Origin: Parvularia atlantis
Lineage: Eukaryota
Direction: 5' to 3'
DNA length: 64,000 bases
NCBI GenBank assembly: GCA_943704415.1
Contig: CALSCO010000122.1
Span: 1 to 64,000, forward strand
The notes beneath the pieces are model-generated. The model was not told the DNA's origin, made no database searches, and saw only the letters and a program-made list of their open reading frames with translations. Below, piece after piece: positions 15,977 to 28,370 of the stretch (its first letter is position 1; every line of letters starts with the position of its first letter). The translations under genes were made by a program, and so were the position numbers.

Positions 15977-16060
15977 ACGGGATGGGAGCGACAGCGCGCG
16001 CGCGCGCGAACACCCGTGAGCCGCAGTCGTGCTCACGCAGCGGCGCGTTCGCAGCGGGTA

Positions 16061-16547
16061 ATGTCGTCGACATCGGCGTCCGCGGGCAAGAAGGCCAAGA
16101 AGGCCGTGGCCGAGAACATCAACGCGCGCCTCGCGCTGGTGATGAAGAGCGGCAAGGTCGCGCTCGGCTACAAGTCGGCCATCAAGACCGTGCGCCAGGG
16201 CAAGGGTGCGCGCCGACCGCCGCCAGCCGCGTGCGCGCCGTTGATGCGAGGCCCGCGCCGCCCCAGCCAAGCTCATCATCATCTCGTCCAACACGCCGCC
16301 GCTGCGCAAGTCCGAGGTGGAGTACTACGCCATGCTGTCCAAGACGAGCGTGCACCAGTACAGCGGCAGTGCGTTGCGCGCACGTGCTCTGGGCTGCAGC
16401 GGGCCGCTCACGCCGCGCGCGCCAGACAACATCGACCTCGGGACAGCCTGCGGCAAGTTCTTCCGCGTGTCGGTCATGAGCATCACCGACCCGGGCGACT
16501 CGGACATCATCAAGAGCCTGCCCGAGGCTGCCGGCGCGCAGAGCTGA
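16061..16547 (+). CDS. RPL30: 60S ribosomal protein L30 (eL30), 2 coding introns, probable 5'UTR intron (about 15852-16054)
   Basis: [66 protein letters not shown]. Confidence 0.97.
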
Positions 16548-16663
16548 ATGCGCACCCTCGGCGCCCGCGTGCCCACGCTGCCGGCCAGCCCACTCTCGCT
16601 GTCCTCTCCCTCTCCGTCTGTCCGCCCTCTGTTCGTTGTGTGCTGGCTGGTGGCCATGGTTCT

Positions 16664-16666
<3 letters not shown>

Positions 16667-16714
<48 letters not shown>
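16667..16714. repeat. (CA)24 microsatellite between the convergent RPL30 and NOC3 3' ends
   Basis: Directly visible. Confidence 0.97.
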
Positions 16715-16716
<2 letters not shown>

Positions 16717-16717
<1 letters not shown>

Positions 16718-19700
16718 CACACCGCTTGCTCGAGCGAGCGCAGGAACGCCGAAGGCCGCCCAGGCACGGCCACGCGCCGCGTCCCACCCTGCCTCGCTGT
16801 CGTCAGCTCCGTTGGAACGGTGCACGGCAGACCCGCACCTTGCCGGCGGCCGGCGGTGCCTGCACGGGTGGGTTGAACGCGCCTTGCGAGCTGTCGTACT
16901 GCCGGAAGATGTCTTGCGGGCTTTCGAGCGCGCCCGGATGGCCCGCGAGCACGCGGCGCGCGAGCCGTGCGACGGTCGGGTGGAAGTGGCCCTGTGTTGG
17001 CGGCCGGGCGTGTTCAGCACACACACACACAGCCAATGCCGCGACAGTAGCGCACCTGCAGCAGCGATAACTCCCACAGGGTCGAGGCCAGCGCGTTGGC
17101 GTTGTCCGGGTTGTCCACCTCGGCGTTGTACCGTCCGACGCCGCCCTGGTCTGTCTCGAGCAGGCCCTGGATGGCCGGGTAGCGCTGCGCACGCTCTTCA
17201 GCATCGAGCACGAGCCGGCGGCCAGCGCGCCCGGCGTACCTGCAGCAGCGTGTGCACGACGGCGATCACGGCCAGCGCCGCGTGCGGCGGCAGCAGCAGT
17301 GCGACGCTCACGAGGCGCTTGGCAAACGCCGCCACGCGCTCTCGTGACAGCTGTTCGCGACAAGCGTCGGCACTCGCGGTGTCGCCGCAACGCACGGCAC
17401 ACCTGCTTCCGCCTGTAAAACATGAGCTCGAGCGCCGACAGGGCCACCGGCACGTGTCGCGCGTCGTCGCCCGGCAGCCGCGGCAGCAGCCCGTACAGCA
17501 GCGCGTAAAAGTCCTTCAGGTCGAGCGCGAGCGCGTCGCCGAAGCGCTGGGCCAGCTGGAAGGTCGTGAGGACGCAGCCGAGGGCGCACTCGACGTTGGT
17601 CGCCTGCAGGAACGCGAGCGTCTTGAGCACGGCCATCAGGTCGCCAAAAAAGTTGACGTTGATCAGGTGCGTGAAGCTGTGCGCGCGGCCGCTTAGCATG
17701 GCCGGCACAGGCGCACACACCCGAACGCACCGCGCCAGGCCCTGCAGCGTCGCCGCGAGCGCCGGCGTGCTCTGCATGTTCTTGAGGATGCGAAAGTAGA
17801 TCTGGAACACGGCCTTGAGCGTCTCACGGTGCTGCGGCCGCGCGCGGTAAGCGGCACAGCAGACAGCATGCGAAGCACGGCGCGCACCAGCCGCTGACGC
17901 TCCTCCTTCGAGTGCTCCGCAGCCGACTCGTCCAGCTCCTTCTGCAGCTCCTTGTCCATCTTGGCCATCTGCACGCGACCAGTCCATCAGCCGTGCTGCA
18001 TACTGCTGCGCCACGTCGCATCACCTTGCGCTGCCGCCGCGAGACGTGCTCGTTGCTGCCGCGCTTGCCCTCGTCGCGACGCGCACGCGCGGACGTCTTG
18101 GACTTAGACCCACCCTTGCCGTCCGCTTGCTCCGACACATCCAGCTCCAGCTCGTCCAGCAGGCGCAGGCGCGTGAACGTGTCGATGACCTGCGTCCCCT
18201 CACGTCACGCCTGGCTCGCTGCCGGAGCGTGCGCTGCCACCTCGCCGGGCACGTTGTAGCTCCTCGAGCGGATCAGGCGCACGATCAGGCGCACGGCCTC
18301 GAGGGCGAGGTCGCCACGCTCGTCGCGCTGGAACAGCTTGACGACGGTCTCGCACGCGAGCTTGCTGATCTGGCTCGCGGGGGCGCGAGACAAGTCAGGC
18401 CACTGCAGGCCACGCAGACGCCGCACACACCGCGGCGGGTCGGTGCACAGCCATCTTGGACACGATCGCGCTGAGCAGGTTTGCGCGAAAGTTGAAGTGA
18501 GGCTTGCTCACGACCAGCTCGCTCATGCACTGCAGCGCGAGCATCGCCGTCTGCGCCGCACGGGCGTTTTGCTCCTGCCAACCCCGCCCGCTCTCGCGCG
18601 CACCTGGTCAGCGGCGGCCACGGCCGCGTCCGGGGCGCGCTCGTCGGCGTCAGCGTGGGGCTGCTTGTGCGCAGTCTTGCGCGCGTGCTTGGCGTCTGCG
18701 CAAGCACGGACCGTCAGCATCGCGACGTGGCCGGGGGGCGACCGCACGCGCGCCTTTGTACATGCGGTCGAGCTGCTGCAGGTACTGCTGGTACGTGCGC
18801 AGGATCGCGCTCTCAAACTTGCGCAGCTTCTTCACGTCCTTGGACAACTGCAGCGCGCGCAAGGTAAGCGCATGTCGGCAGTTCATGAACGCGCCGGCCG
18901 CACCTTCACGGTCTCATCGGCCTCGGCGTGCTCGCGTATCCGGTACCTGGGCGGTGTCAGCACGCGGTGTCCTGCTGCGCCTGCGCACCCAGCGTACCCG
19001 GGGATGACGTCCTTGAACACCGCAAGCGCCGTCAGCGTCGCGAGCGTGCGCACGAGCGGCTCGGCGTCGCTCATCAGCTCCAGCACGAGGCGCACGTGGT
19101 CCATCTGCGCACGGCTGCGCGTTACGCGCCCGCCGCGTGCCCTGGGCGCGCACCTTCTGCTCCGGGTTCTCGGTGATGGCTTGTGCAATCGTAGCCATCT
19201 CGACTTTGCGTGCCTCGACGTACGCCTGCCCCGTGAGCGGCCGTCCGCGCGCGTCAACGGGCGTCTGCAGCTTGAGCGTGCTCGCCCGCTGCTGCTGCTG
19301 TTGCTCGTCGTTGGGCCGCTCGTCGGCCGCCGGCGCCTCGTCTGCGTCCGTATCGTCGCGTGCTGGCACGTCGGCTGCGGACGAGGCTACGCCGCACGCA
19401 CCAGGTGAGCGTGCGATGTGCAAACAAGGCAGCGCCGCATACGCGGCTCCAGCTTGCGCGTCGGCTGGCGCATCGCACCCGCGGCGTCTTTGATCGGCAG
19501 GCGCAAACTGCGCTCGGCCGGCGTCCTGCGTATGTGGGCGCGTCAATCGCGCAGACCGCACACGGCACGCGCTGCGCACCACGTCTGTGACACGCGCGGC
19601 GCCTCCTCCAGCCGCTGCATGCGCTCCTCGCGCTCGTCGTGCTGCGCAGCCCTGGGCTTCTTGGCCGGTGGTGGCCTTGCGCCCGTGGCGGCAGCGGCAG

Positions 19701-20283
19701 CAGCGGCGGCGGCGGCCGCCGCCGTCGCGTGGCTTTTCGTCTGCCGCTCGTCTTCGCTGACACCGTCGTCGTCATCGACGTCATCCGGCGGCGCGTCCAC
19801 GTTGAGCTGCATGTCGCCGTCTTCGTCGTTGTCGTCGCTGTCGTCGTCGTCGTCGTCGTCGTTGTCGTCGTCGTCGTCGCTCCCGCGCGCGCGCTTGAGC
19901 AGGTGCGACGGCAGGCGTCCCTTGAGCTCGCCCACGCGGATCTTGCCGCCCTTGGTCGCCATGATCACACTCCTGCGCGCACAATGTCCCACACCGGTCA
20001 GCACACGCCAGCCCGCACAGCTCGGTCGCGGGGGTGCGCACTGGTCGGCCTGCTGCAGCGCGCGCGCGTCGAGCGTGCGCAGGAAGCCGGCGTAGTCGGC
20101 ATACTCGTGCAGGAACGCCGCCTCGCTGTCCGAGTCGACCTCGACGTCGTCGGCGTCGTCGTTGCCGTCGCGCGCGGGCGCCTGCCGCGGCCGCTTGGGC
20201 CCGCGCGCCGGCTTCGGCGCCCGCTGCGGCGCCCGCTGTCTGCCTCCGCGCCCGCGGCCACGTGGCCTCGCTATCGGGGCCAT
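16717..20283 (-). CDS. NOC3: Nucleolar complex protein 3 homolog
   Basis: RLPIK, AVFKDVIPGYRIR, KLRKFESAILRTYQQYL, HFNFRANL, IYFRILK, HLINVNFFGDL, RVAAFAKRL, HFHPTV. Confidence 0.9.
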
Positions 20284-20419
20284 GCTGTCATGTAACGGCT
20301 TCCGGTCAGAGTGCTTTTCGGGTGCGGGACAGGGTGCGCGACAGACAGGCGGCACAGACGTAGCGTGAGCGCAGGGAGGGGAGGGAGGGGACGCGTGCTG
20401 TCCAGGGAGGCGGGCTCGC

Positions 20420-21227
20420 TCAGTTGACCGGGACGGCGAACTTGGCCGGCGTCGACGAGCGGCCAAAGAGCGCGCCGGCGTGCATGGATGGCGGCGAGGA
20501 GGGCATGCCGCGGTGCGGGCTCACGTGCATATGCGGCGGCGCGTAGACGGCCGGCGCGCCCCCAGGCCAGAACGCGGCCTGCTGCTGGTACGGTTGTGTT
20601 TGGTGGTACGCGGCGCCGGCGTGTGGGCGTGGGCTTGGGGCGGCGGGCTGACGGGCGGCGCTCTGCGGACACGAGTGCGCGCGTGTCTCAGCCCGATGCG
20701 AGCGGCGGGCGAGGGAGGCCCCGCCGCGCACCCTGTCCTGGAAGAGCGAGCACACGCTGCCGTGCTCGCCGATGCGGTACGCGACGTCGAACGGGTCAAC
20801 CCAGAGCATGAGGTCTGCGGGCAGGATCGCCTCAGGCTGCCGGATGCCGGCCATGGTTGCGGCCTGCGACGCGTGGCCCCCCCGTGCGGTCACGTCAGGT
20901 GCCCGAGGGTCGAGCCGCGCCACAGCCGCGCACACGAACCTGGCTCAGCAGCGGGTCCACGAAGCCGCCGGCCGTCATGATCGACCGGAAGCCGTTGCCA
21001 CACAGGGGCTGGTCCTCGTTCCAGTGCTCGGCAAACTTGGCCGTCATGAGTTGTACGAGCGCCTGGGCCGACGCGGGACGCGCGTCCCCACATGTCAGCA
21101 TACAGCCGACCGTTGGCCACGTCATCAGTCGCACCTGCCGGAACGCCTCGCGGGCGGCGGGCGGCAGCTGCGTTGCGGAGGGCAAACCGGCGACGAACGC
21201 GCTGGCGGCCTCGACCTCGGCTCTCAT
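20420..21227 (-). CDS. BTG/Tob (APRO) antiproliferative family protein
   Basis: MRAEVEAASAFV, box A KFAEHWNEDQPLCGNGFRSI, box B LPADLMLWVDPFDVAYRIGE, P/Q-rich tail. Confidence 0.9.
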
Positions 21228-21401
21228 GCTGCTGTGTGGGTGCGCTGCGGTTGTTTGCGTCTGTGAGGAAAAGCAGTGAGCCGGAGTGATCGGGCCCCCC
21301 TCCTTTGCAGTCTGCCCGCCCGTGGCCCTCTCGCAGCCCCGCGCACACTCCAGGCCACCCCGGGGGTTCGTGCAGCCGCCGCGGCGAGACAGCGCAAGCA
21401 G

Positions 21402-21421
21402 CCCCCCCCCCCCCCCCCCCC
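21402..21421. repeat. C20 homopolymer (G20 on the minus strand) in the BTG/TED1 divergent region
   Basis: Directly visible. Confidence 0.9.
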
Positions 21422-21550
21422 GGGCGCGCAAGCCGCGCCAGTCGCAACGGCCCGAGAACAGAAATGCGCACGACGTCACCGCCTCACCCCGCACAACGCG
21501 CCGATTCGCTCGATCGTCGCCAGGCGCAGGTGTGCGCGTTGCCAGGGCCC

Positions 21551-23172
21551 ATGAGCGCGCATCCGCCGCATCGCGGCGCGTGGCTGCTGCGGCGCCTGCT
21601 GCGCGCGGCCGTCGCGGCGGCTGTCGTCTTTGCTCTCGCGGCGCTGCACCTCGCGCTCTACCCGCGCGCGTGCGCGTGGCCGCACGGTGCGCGCGCGCGC
21701 CTTGGTGCCCGACGCGCGACCGGCCGTTCACGATTGTGTGTGTGTGCGCGCGCGCAACGCAGCGGGCGGCGGTACGACCGTCGTCCTGCGCGTGCTCCTG
21801 CTGGCGGACCCACAGATGATGGGTGACTACCACGCGCAGTCACAGGGGCGGCTGGGTGAGCCGCTTCATGCATGCAATCGCGCGCGCGTGCACGCGCGCT
21901 CAAGCGACGCACCAGGCGAGCTCGACATCGCCTTCAACGACGCCTACTTCCGCCACGTCGTGCGCTCGCTCGTGTGGTGGCTGCGCCCGATGTACACCGT
22001 CGCGCTCGGTGACCTGCTTTCGTCCGAGAACCTGGGCCGCGCCGAGTTTGACCGCCGCGTGCACCGCTTCAACCACGCGTTCCAGGCGGTGCGCATCCGC
22101 CGCAGCCCCAGCGGCGTGCACTGAGCGTGCGGATTGCAGGCGCGCGAACAGTCGGTGCTCGTCAGCCTGCCCGGCAACCACGGTGCGCGCGCCTGTACGG
22201 CGCGTCGCGTGCGGGTCTTGATGGGCCGCTGCTAGACATCGGCTACGGGTCCGTCGTCGACCGCGCTCGCGTCTCGCGCTTCGAAGATGCGTTCGGCGGC
22301 CCCGTCAACCGCGTGCTGCGCGACGGCGGGCACCTCCTCGTCGTGCTCAACAGCATGGTCGTGGACGAGTGCCGCGACGATGTGCGCACGCCGCCGCATC
22401 GCACGCAGACACACGCCGCTCATCACACGCGCACAAACACCACAGGCCATGCGCCAGCAGACGCTCGACTTTGTGGACGAGGTGCGCGGCGCGTGAGGCG
22501 CGGCGGGCAGGCCCCTCGTGCTGACTCGTCCGAGCACAGGTCGCCGCCATGCGCACAGCCCAGGACATGCCCACCGTGCTGTTCACGCACATTCCGCTGC
22601 ACAAGCCCGCCGGCGTGTGCGCGGACGCGCCCACGATCAGCAGGAATCGGTGCGCGAGCGCGCGCGCTCGCAGCCAAAGCGGTTCGTCAAGCTGAGCATT
22701 GCACGTTTGCAGCGCCGGGCACGTCGAGCAGCAAAACATGCTCTCACCTGCCGCGACGCAGCGCCTGCTCGACAAACTGCGGCCGCGCTTCGTGTTCACG
22801 GGCCACGACCACGAGGGCTGCCGCTTCACGCACTCGATCGCTGCCGCGCCGGACGGCTCGCCTACGACCGAGGCGCACGAAGTCACGGTACGGTCGATGA
22901 TGGCCGAGTTTGGCGGGCACTCGGTGCTGTTTCAGATCTCGCGCGACGCGAGCGGTGCGTGTGCAGCTGCGCCACCTCAGCTGAGGCTCATGCTGAGCGT
23001 GGGCGTCGCAGGCGCGTTTGTGTACGAGACGAGCACGTGCGCGTTTGCCACGCACGTCACCGTCAAGTTCGTCCTTGCCGCACTCGTCCTGAGCCTCGGT
23101 GCCGTCCTCGTGCTCGTCCTCGCGCGCTGGCGCAGCACAACAGGGACGGGCAAGCAGTATGGCCTATCGTGA
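21551..23172 (+). CDS. TED1: Calcineurin-like metallophosphoesterase, Ted1/MPPE1(PGAP5)-like GPI-remodelling enzyme
   Basis: N-terminal TM, LLADPQ, LGDLLSS, PGNH|DIG, FTHIPL, FTGHDHEGC, EVTVRSMMAEFGG, C-terminal TM. Confidence 0.8.
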
Positions 23173-23203
23173 TGTACAGCAGCAGAGAGTTAGAGCCAGC
23201 AGC

Positions 23204-24309
23204 ATGCCACGCCGACGCCGGCGCCCCACCACGGCCAGCCCGGCGGCGCGGCGCAAGCGCAAGGTGCGGGCGTCGCTGGCTGCTGGTGGGCGCTGCGTTG
23301 CAGTGCGGGTGCTGACGGGCCACCGCACGCAGGCGCCAGCAGACGACGAGGACGACGACGGCGATGCGGGGGCCGACGCGGGCGACGACAACGCGGACGA
23401 GGACGACAACGCGGACGAGGATGAGGACAAGCACGACGGCGACGACGGCGACAGCGCGGCCGACGCCGACTTCCGCCCGCCCGCACACGTCGCCGCCCAG
23501 ACGCGCGGCGCTATGTCTCTGCGCGCCGCCGCAGTCGCCACCGTGTCCCACGGCGCGCGGAGAGGACGCCGACGCCGCGAGGACGGTGCGCACGCGGCCG
23601 GCGAGGCCGAACGAGGCCATGACGCCGCGCACAATCGACAGGCGCGACCGACGGCGGCGGCGGCGCGTCCCCGGGACCTGGCGCAGCCGACGGGGCGACC
23701 GCTAGCAACCAGCGGGTGCGGGCCGTGTGCCAGCCAACAAAAAGACCACGCGGCGTGCTGACAGACGGGCCGCAGGCACCCGTCGCGGGCCTGTACAACC
23801 TCGGCAACACGTGCTACGCCAACTCGGTGCTGCAGATCTTCCGGCACAGCCCGCACGTTGTCTCGTCTATCGAGAGCGCGATCAGCAGCAGCTCGCACGG
23901 CGCGCCGAGGGTGCGTCGCTCTTGGGCGCTTTCTCCGAACGCCGAGCGCTCAGCCGTGCCACCACGACAATGCAGGGAAAGGACGCGACCGACACGCTCC
24001 TGCGCGCACTCGGCGCCGTCATGTCGCAGCTGGACACAATCACGCGTAGCAACCAGTCCAAGTACGCGGCCGCGCGGTGCAGACGACGCGCGCGGCTGAC
24101 ACGCGTCGGCGCGGCGGCGCAGGATGGATCAGCAGCTGCAGCAGCTGCTGCAACAGCAGCAGCAGCAACAACAGCAGCAACAACAGCAGCAACAACAACA
24201 GCAACAGCAGCAGCCACAACAGCAGCAGCCCCTGGCGCCGACGCCGTTGTCGCCCGTCGCACCACCGCCCGTTGCCGCAGCCAGCGCCGCGCAGCCGCAC
24301 GGCAGCGCG

Positions 24310-24358
<49 letters not shown>

Positions 24359-25715
24359 TCATCATCGATGTGGACGACAGCGGCGGCATGCCGGCGCCGG
24401 ACGAGGCACGCCGGCGCCTGTCTCGCGCGCGCTGTGTCTCCTTACCGCCGCGACCGCAGCTCGAGGTGCCACCTGCCGCATCTGGCGCCGCCGCTCCGCC
24501 GCCGCCGCCGCCACCGCCGCGCACCGCCACGCCGCTCACCGCGCTGTCGTCCATCCGCTTCACGGCCGTGCACCCGGACACGTTCATCAGCGCGCTGCGG
24601 TGCGCGTCACCCGTTCTACGCACATGCGCCGTAACATGCGTCCGCGCAGCAAATCCGACAGCATCTTTGCGGGCTACCATCAGCACGACGCGCAAGAGTT
24701 CCTCAAGTACCTCATCTCGGCGCTGCAGTCGCGCAATAACGCGCCGTCCTACTCGCTGCGCCGGCGCTCGGTGTCGCGTGCGTCCCGGCCCTTGCCTCGC
24801 TGCGATGCACTGCTCACAGCTCGCTGGCCGCAGACGCCCCGACATGGTCGCTCTCGGACCTGTTTGAGGGCAAGACGGTCAACACGATCCGCTGCCTGAA
24901 ATGCGGCACCGAGTCGAGCCAGGTCGAGAGCTTCTTCGACGTCGGCCTCACCGTCCCGCCCTTCTCGGCCGTCACGCTGACCGAGGCGCTCGACCAGCTC
25001 ACGGCCGTGGAGCGGTACGCGTGCCACCGCACGCCGTCGTCGCTGGCCGCTCAGCCGCGTGCCAGGCTCACGGGTGCCAACAAGTACCGCTGCGACGTCT
25101 GCGCGACCTTCACAGACGCCGAGCGCTCGCTCAAGTTCTCGCAGCTCCCGTTCATGCTGTGCTTCCACCTGCGCCGCTTTGCCTTGCACAGCGCGGTGCG
25201 TTGCGCCTGTCCTCGCGCGTGCGGGGCGCGACACTGCTCACGCCGCGCAGAACAAGGTGCTCGGCGCCGTGTCGGCCTCGACGCCGCTGTGCATGGCGCC
25301 GTGGTGCACCGAGTGGTGCCTGCACTTGCATGACAGCTACGGTGCGGCGGCGGTGGCGCTGGCCCTGGTGGCAGAGGCATGACTGCGCGTGCTGCAGAGC
25401 TCTCCGGCCTGATCTGCCACAGCGGCGCGAGCATCGGCAGCGGGCACTACATCGCGTTTGTCAAGCCGCAGGGCGAGCACGACCGCGCCCTGCGTGAGGC
25501 GGCGAGAATGTGCGACCGTCGCTCAGCAGATGTTGGTGCGTGCTGACTGCGAACGCCGCCCGGACGCGTTCAGACCCGACGACGCGTGGCTCAAGCTGGA
25601 CGACAGCGACGTGCGGTGGGTTGCCGCAGCCGAAGTCCTCCAGCTCGTCTCGGCGTACCCGCCGCCGCAGCCGTCGGTCTACCTCATGTTTTACACGCTC
25701 GTGAGCCGCACGTAA
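23204..25715 (+). CDS. USP1: Ubiquitin-specific protease, USP1-like, with polyQ and poly-D insertions (alternative in-frame ATG at 23159)
   Basis: Cys box GLYNLGNTCYANSVLQ, GYHQHDAQEFL, LTGANKYRCDVC..AERS, His box LICHSGASIGSGHY, WLKLDDS, YLMFY. Confidence 0.75.
24130..24357 (+). repeat. CAG/CAA polyQ tract followed by a (GAC)n poly-Asp tract within USP1
   Basis: Directly visible in sequence and translation. Confidence 0.9.
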
Positions 25716-25815
25716 GGGTAAGTGCGCGCGCGCGCGCGCGGCACAGCGGGCCACGAAAAGCACGTGTGGCATTTGCTGCAATCGGAAGACGAGCGAGAGG
25801 CACGCCACAACCCTC

Positions 25816-27226
25816 TCAGGCGCGGATGAAGCAGCCGGGGAAGTGCGCGCAGGCTGCGCCGCACAGTGCAGCGTCAGCCCGGCCGTGGCGCGCGGTCGCA
25901 CGCCCCGCGCACCGGCCTGGAGGTCCGTCAGGCGGTGGTCGAGCGCGGGCGAGGCCGTCTCGTACGACTCGACCATGTCGTTGAGCTTGCACACGCGCTC
26001 CGTCCACTTGTCGCGCTCGCACTTGGTAAGGATGGGCGTCTCGCCTCCTGCGGCGCGTGCAGCGCGCTCGTGAGTTTGCTGGGCCTGCCGAGGCCGCAGC
26101 GCACCGCCGTTGTCCTGGTCCTCGCACACCTTGACAATGGCCTGGATGCCGAGCGACACCTGGTAGCTTGCGTACGGCACAAGCGACTCGCCAAAGCCGC
26201 GGTCGTTGGCCCACTACGGGCGTCGTCAGCGGCGCGATCGCCGACGCGCACGCAGCACGCAGCACGCGCCTCCTTGTCGAGGTGCTGCATGATGCGCGCC
26301 GCTACCGTGCGCGCCCACGGCTCGCGGAAGCAGCGGTGACACGTCAGGAGCATGCTGTGGTGCGCGCCCCGGGTCAGCACGGCCGATGCAGGCAGGCCCG
26401 CAGCGCACGCACCGGCCGGCACCGAGAAGGTCGGTCACGGGCACGCTCGCGATTTTGTCGGTGACCTTTTTGAGGTCGGCGATCTCGTCGCTCAGGCGCA
26501 CCGAGTCCTGCGGCGGGCCGACGCGCTGAGCACACCGTGCCTGCCCTGTCGCTGGCGTGCACGCACCACATCCTTGAACACCGCGTAGCCGTGCAGCGCG
26601 TCCGTCCAGCTATAGCCGTAGAAGCCCTTGTACGGCGCGCTCAGATCCTGCGAGAGACGCCAGACAACGCCGCCGCGCGCCGGCACGAAGAAAAACGGGT
26701 GGATGTCCTTGGCGATCGCGACGGCGCGCTCGTGGCACGCGGCGTCGTGCTTGCCCAGCTGCGCGAGCGCGTGGATCCACAGCAGGATGCTGCGCGCGCG
26801 TGCGCGCTCGCGACGTCAGCGGCAGCAGCGCGTCCCTCGCGTGCGCACTTGGTGTAGTCCTGGCTATCCTGGCCGGCCTCCTCGCCCGAGATGAGCCCCT
26901 GTGTGCGAGCGTGCGCCCGTCAGGCGCTCGGCCGGGCGCGCGCGGCGTCAGCAGCACCTTGTCGCGGCCGAGCACGCGCGTCACATCGGCCACGACGCGC
27001 CGGGCCAGCGCGAGGTACTTGGTCTCGCCCGTGCAGTTGTAGAGCGAGACCTGCGCGGTGCGTCACGGGCCGATGCGTGCACGTCGCGCGCCGCGTGCGT
27101 GCGCACCAGGAGCGTCACCCCGACCGCGTCCGTCTCGAGGTGCCGCGGTCCGCCCGGCCAGAGCTTCTCGCGCTGCAGCCACGCCAGCGTCGTGCGGGCG
27201 TAGACGAGGTCGTTCGCGGGCGGCAT
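25816..27226 (-). CDS. Multi-exon hypothetical protein resembling an uncharacterised prokaryotic alpha-helical family
   Basis: The spliced ORF is coherent: WPGGPRHLETDAVGVTLL|VSLYNCTGETKYL..VTRVLGR..DIHPFFFVPARGGVVWRLSQDLSAPYKG..YQVSLGIQA..ACAHFPG. Family resemblance is from memory only. Confidence 0.65.
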
Positions 27227-27513
27227 GTCTGCGTTGCTGGCGCCAGTTGCTTGCGGTTGGGGGGAGGCTCACGGCGGGGGGCGGCGGCGGCGGCGCGCGA
27301 GGGGCAAAGTGCGGTCTGCTCGGCTGACGCTGGAGCGGGGTGCGCCAGTCCGTCACGGCGGCGTCATGAGCGGGGAGGCGATGACGCGCTGCGATCTGCC
27401 GTCAGGCGCACGCGCTGCACACGAGCGCATGCTGCACAGGTGCAATGCGATGTTGCGCGCCGCTGCAGAGACAAAGACAAGCCCCAGAAGCGTGGGTCAA
27501 CGAGCGCAAATGG

Positions 27514-28366
27514 TCACCTGTCGTAGTACAGCGAGCCATCCGCGGGCCCGAGGTAGCCCAGGCCGATTAGCAGCACGTCGACGAAGCACCACACGCCTAG
27601 CCCGCCCAGCGACAGCAGCTTGAAGATGCCCCTTGCAATTAGGCACGCGGCGAGCGTGAGGCATGGCCGCAGCTGTGTCGACCCGCGCACCACCCGATGT
27701 AGCCGAGGTAGAAGCGGTCGGCCGCGAACCCGCCCAGAAATAGGCTGTAGAAGAAGGCCGTGGTGCGGCTGAGCCCGCGCGTCCAGTTGCAGGGCACGTT
27801 GGCCGTGAAGGCACGGTTGCCTGGCCATGCCACGTCTTGCGCGTGAGCACGGGGCAGCGGCTGCGAGCGGCAGCGTTGCCGCACCGAGGCACACGACGTC
27901 GTCGCGCACGGTGCACAGCGTCGGGTACCGCTCGACGGCCACGGTCGTGTCGCAGCCGGTCACGGGCGCACACGTTCGCGCTTCAGCCGGTGTTTGGTAG
28001 CAAAAGCGACAGTCGAACGTGACGTTGAACGTGCGCGGCCCCTGCGCGTCGGTGCCGTCCGCTCAGCGGCGCTGCACTATGCGCGTGCACGTGCTGCTGG
28101 GTCCGCGGCGCACCGAGCACGTCGCGTTGGCCGGCGCCGTGCACTCGGCCGTCGCGGGCTGGCCGTACACGCATGACGTGTTGAACGCGCACGCGAGCTG
28201 CACGGCCGGCAGCTCGGCGCACTGCAGCGCGCCCCATCAGCAGACGCGCGCGTCCCTTCTCCCACAAGGGCACCACCCGCACCGGCTGCTGCGCCGCCGC
28301 AAGGCCCACGGCGAGCGCCACGGCCACGAGCGTGACCAACACGGCTGTGTATGCGCGCGTTGCCAT
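27514..28366 (-). CDS. TM2D3: TM2-domain protein, TM2D3/Almondex-like
   Basis: Signal peptide, Cys-rich ectodomain, CNWT..LFLGGFAADRFYLGY..KLLSLGGLGVW..DVLLIGLGYLGPADGSLY. Confidence 0.88.
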
Positions 28367-28370
28367 AGAT

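Noticed and set aside
27227..27513. Relatively long (287-nt) gap between TM2D3 and the hypothetical gene as a possible ncRNA
   Set aside because: No C/D or H/ACA boxes, tRNA fold or convincing ORF seen; probably UTR and promoter.
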